From positions 44,709 through 108,708 of IMG/VR virus record IMGVR_UViG_3300034152_000556: a stretch of DNA of 64,000 nt. One strand, given 5' to 3'. The translations under genes and the position numbers were made by a program. This document shows, piece after piece, positions 63,555 through 64,000 of the stretch (position 1 is its first letter; each line of letters starts with the position of its first letter). The notes below the pieces were generated by a model. It searched no databases. It was not told the origin of the DNA and saw nothing but the letters and a program-made list of their open reading frames with translations. The DNA is from a virus.

Positions 63555-63949
63555 TAGAGTTTCCCCTTAAACAAAAAATATCTTTGTTGCTTATACTTGT
63601 CCTTTGAAGCAACACCAGTGTTTATAAAATGATAAATTCCTTTTATTTTTCGACCTTTAAAATCAACTACAATATGTTTTGATGAAAAGGTCTTAACATT
63701 ACATGTACCATCGTCAAATTTTGTAAGTTTGCCAGCGCCATATCCTGACGAGATCGTACCCAAAAACAAAGCTTCTTTTTTGGTGTGGTCATGAGTTCGA
63801 ATAGCTAAAACTTTCTTTCCAGGTTCTGTCGGCACACCCTTACGAACGGCAAACGAAGCCCAATTTGACGAGCCGGGCATCTCAAAACGAACATCAAAAT
63901 GAGTGCCAGCTCGTTTCGCTTCGTGTTTAACTATTATGAATCTTGCCAT
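63554..63949 (-). CDS. Stand-alone LigD-type 3'-phosphoesterase domain protein
   Basis: F....H.A....HFD.R.E....SFAV.KG....LA..T.DH...GYGAG....D.G. Confidence 0.8.
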   Translation of the reverse strand: MARFIIVKHEAKRAGTHFDVRFEMPGSSNWASFAVRKGVPTEPGKKVLAIRTHDHTKKEALFLGTISSGYGAGKLTKFDDGTCNVKTFSSKHIVVDFKGRKIKGIYHFINTGVASKDKYKQQRYFLFKGKL

Positions 63950-64000
63950 TATAATTTTAATCCTTCTTTTTTCATCTCTTTTTCAAAGTCACCCAAAACA

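Noticed and set aside
1-64000. Cellular (bacterial or archaeal) chromosome origin
   Set aside because: Divergent duplicated RNAP subunits without ribosomal protein neighbours, baseplate genes, single-strand gene packing and many orphans indicate a large phage.

Overview
This 64-kb, AT-rich window looks like part of a jumbo myophage genome. Essentially all genes are on the minus strand and read in the standard code; the plus-strand ORFs look like shadows. It encodes two unsplit RNA polymerase beta' paralogues, one complete beta subunit and probably a second beta starting at the left edge. Replication and repair genes include SbcCD, SF2 and SNF2 helicases, type II topoisomerase A and B, RecA, a Cas4-like nuclease, NrdJ and a LigD phosphoesterase. 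A baseplate module has a gp5-like spike, a PAAR-like tip, a gp53-like wedge and an amidase. Host-type auxiliary genes (QueD, queuosine-salvage glycosylase, HldE-type heptose kinase, KhpA, a pilin-like peptide) suggest a Gram-negative host. Two systems stand out. (1) At 28248-31660, six structured non-coding RNA units share a covarying carrier helix with an ACU(U) internal loop but hold different inserts. Four inserts are tRNA fragments (Gly-GCC, Ile-UAU, Tyr-GUA, Pro-UGG anticodon arms) with no acceptor stem or CCA. The array lies directly upstream of a Ro60/TROVE-like vWA protein and an ARPP/DUF6569-like protein, suggesting a Y-RNA-like tRNA-mimic array system. (2) At 3241-9843 is a complete phage ubiquitin-like conjugation cassette: a giant E2, JAB peptidase, E1, a Rho_N-fused Ubl, and a second E1-like/mini-E2 pair, sitting just upstream of an RNAP operon. 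All family assignments are from motif recognition by eye; no database searches or folding programs were run.
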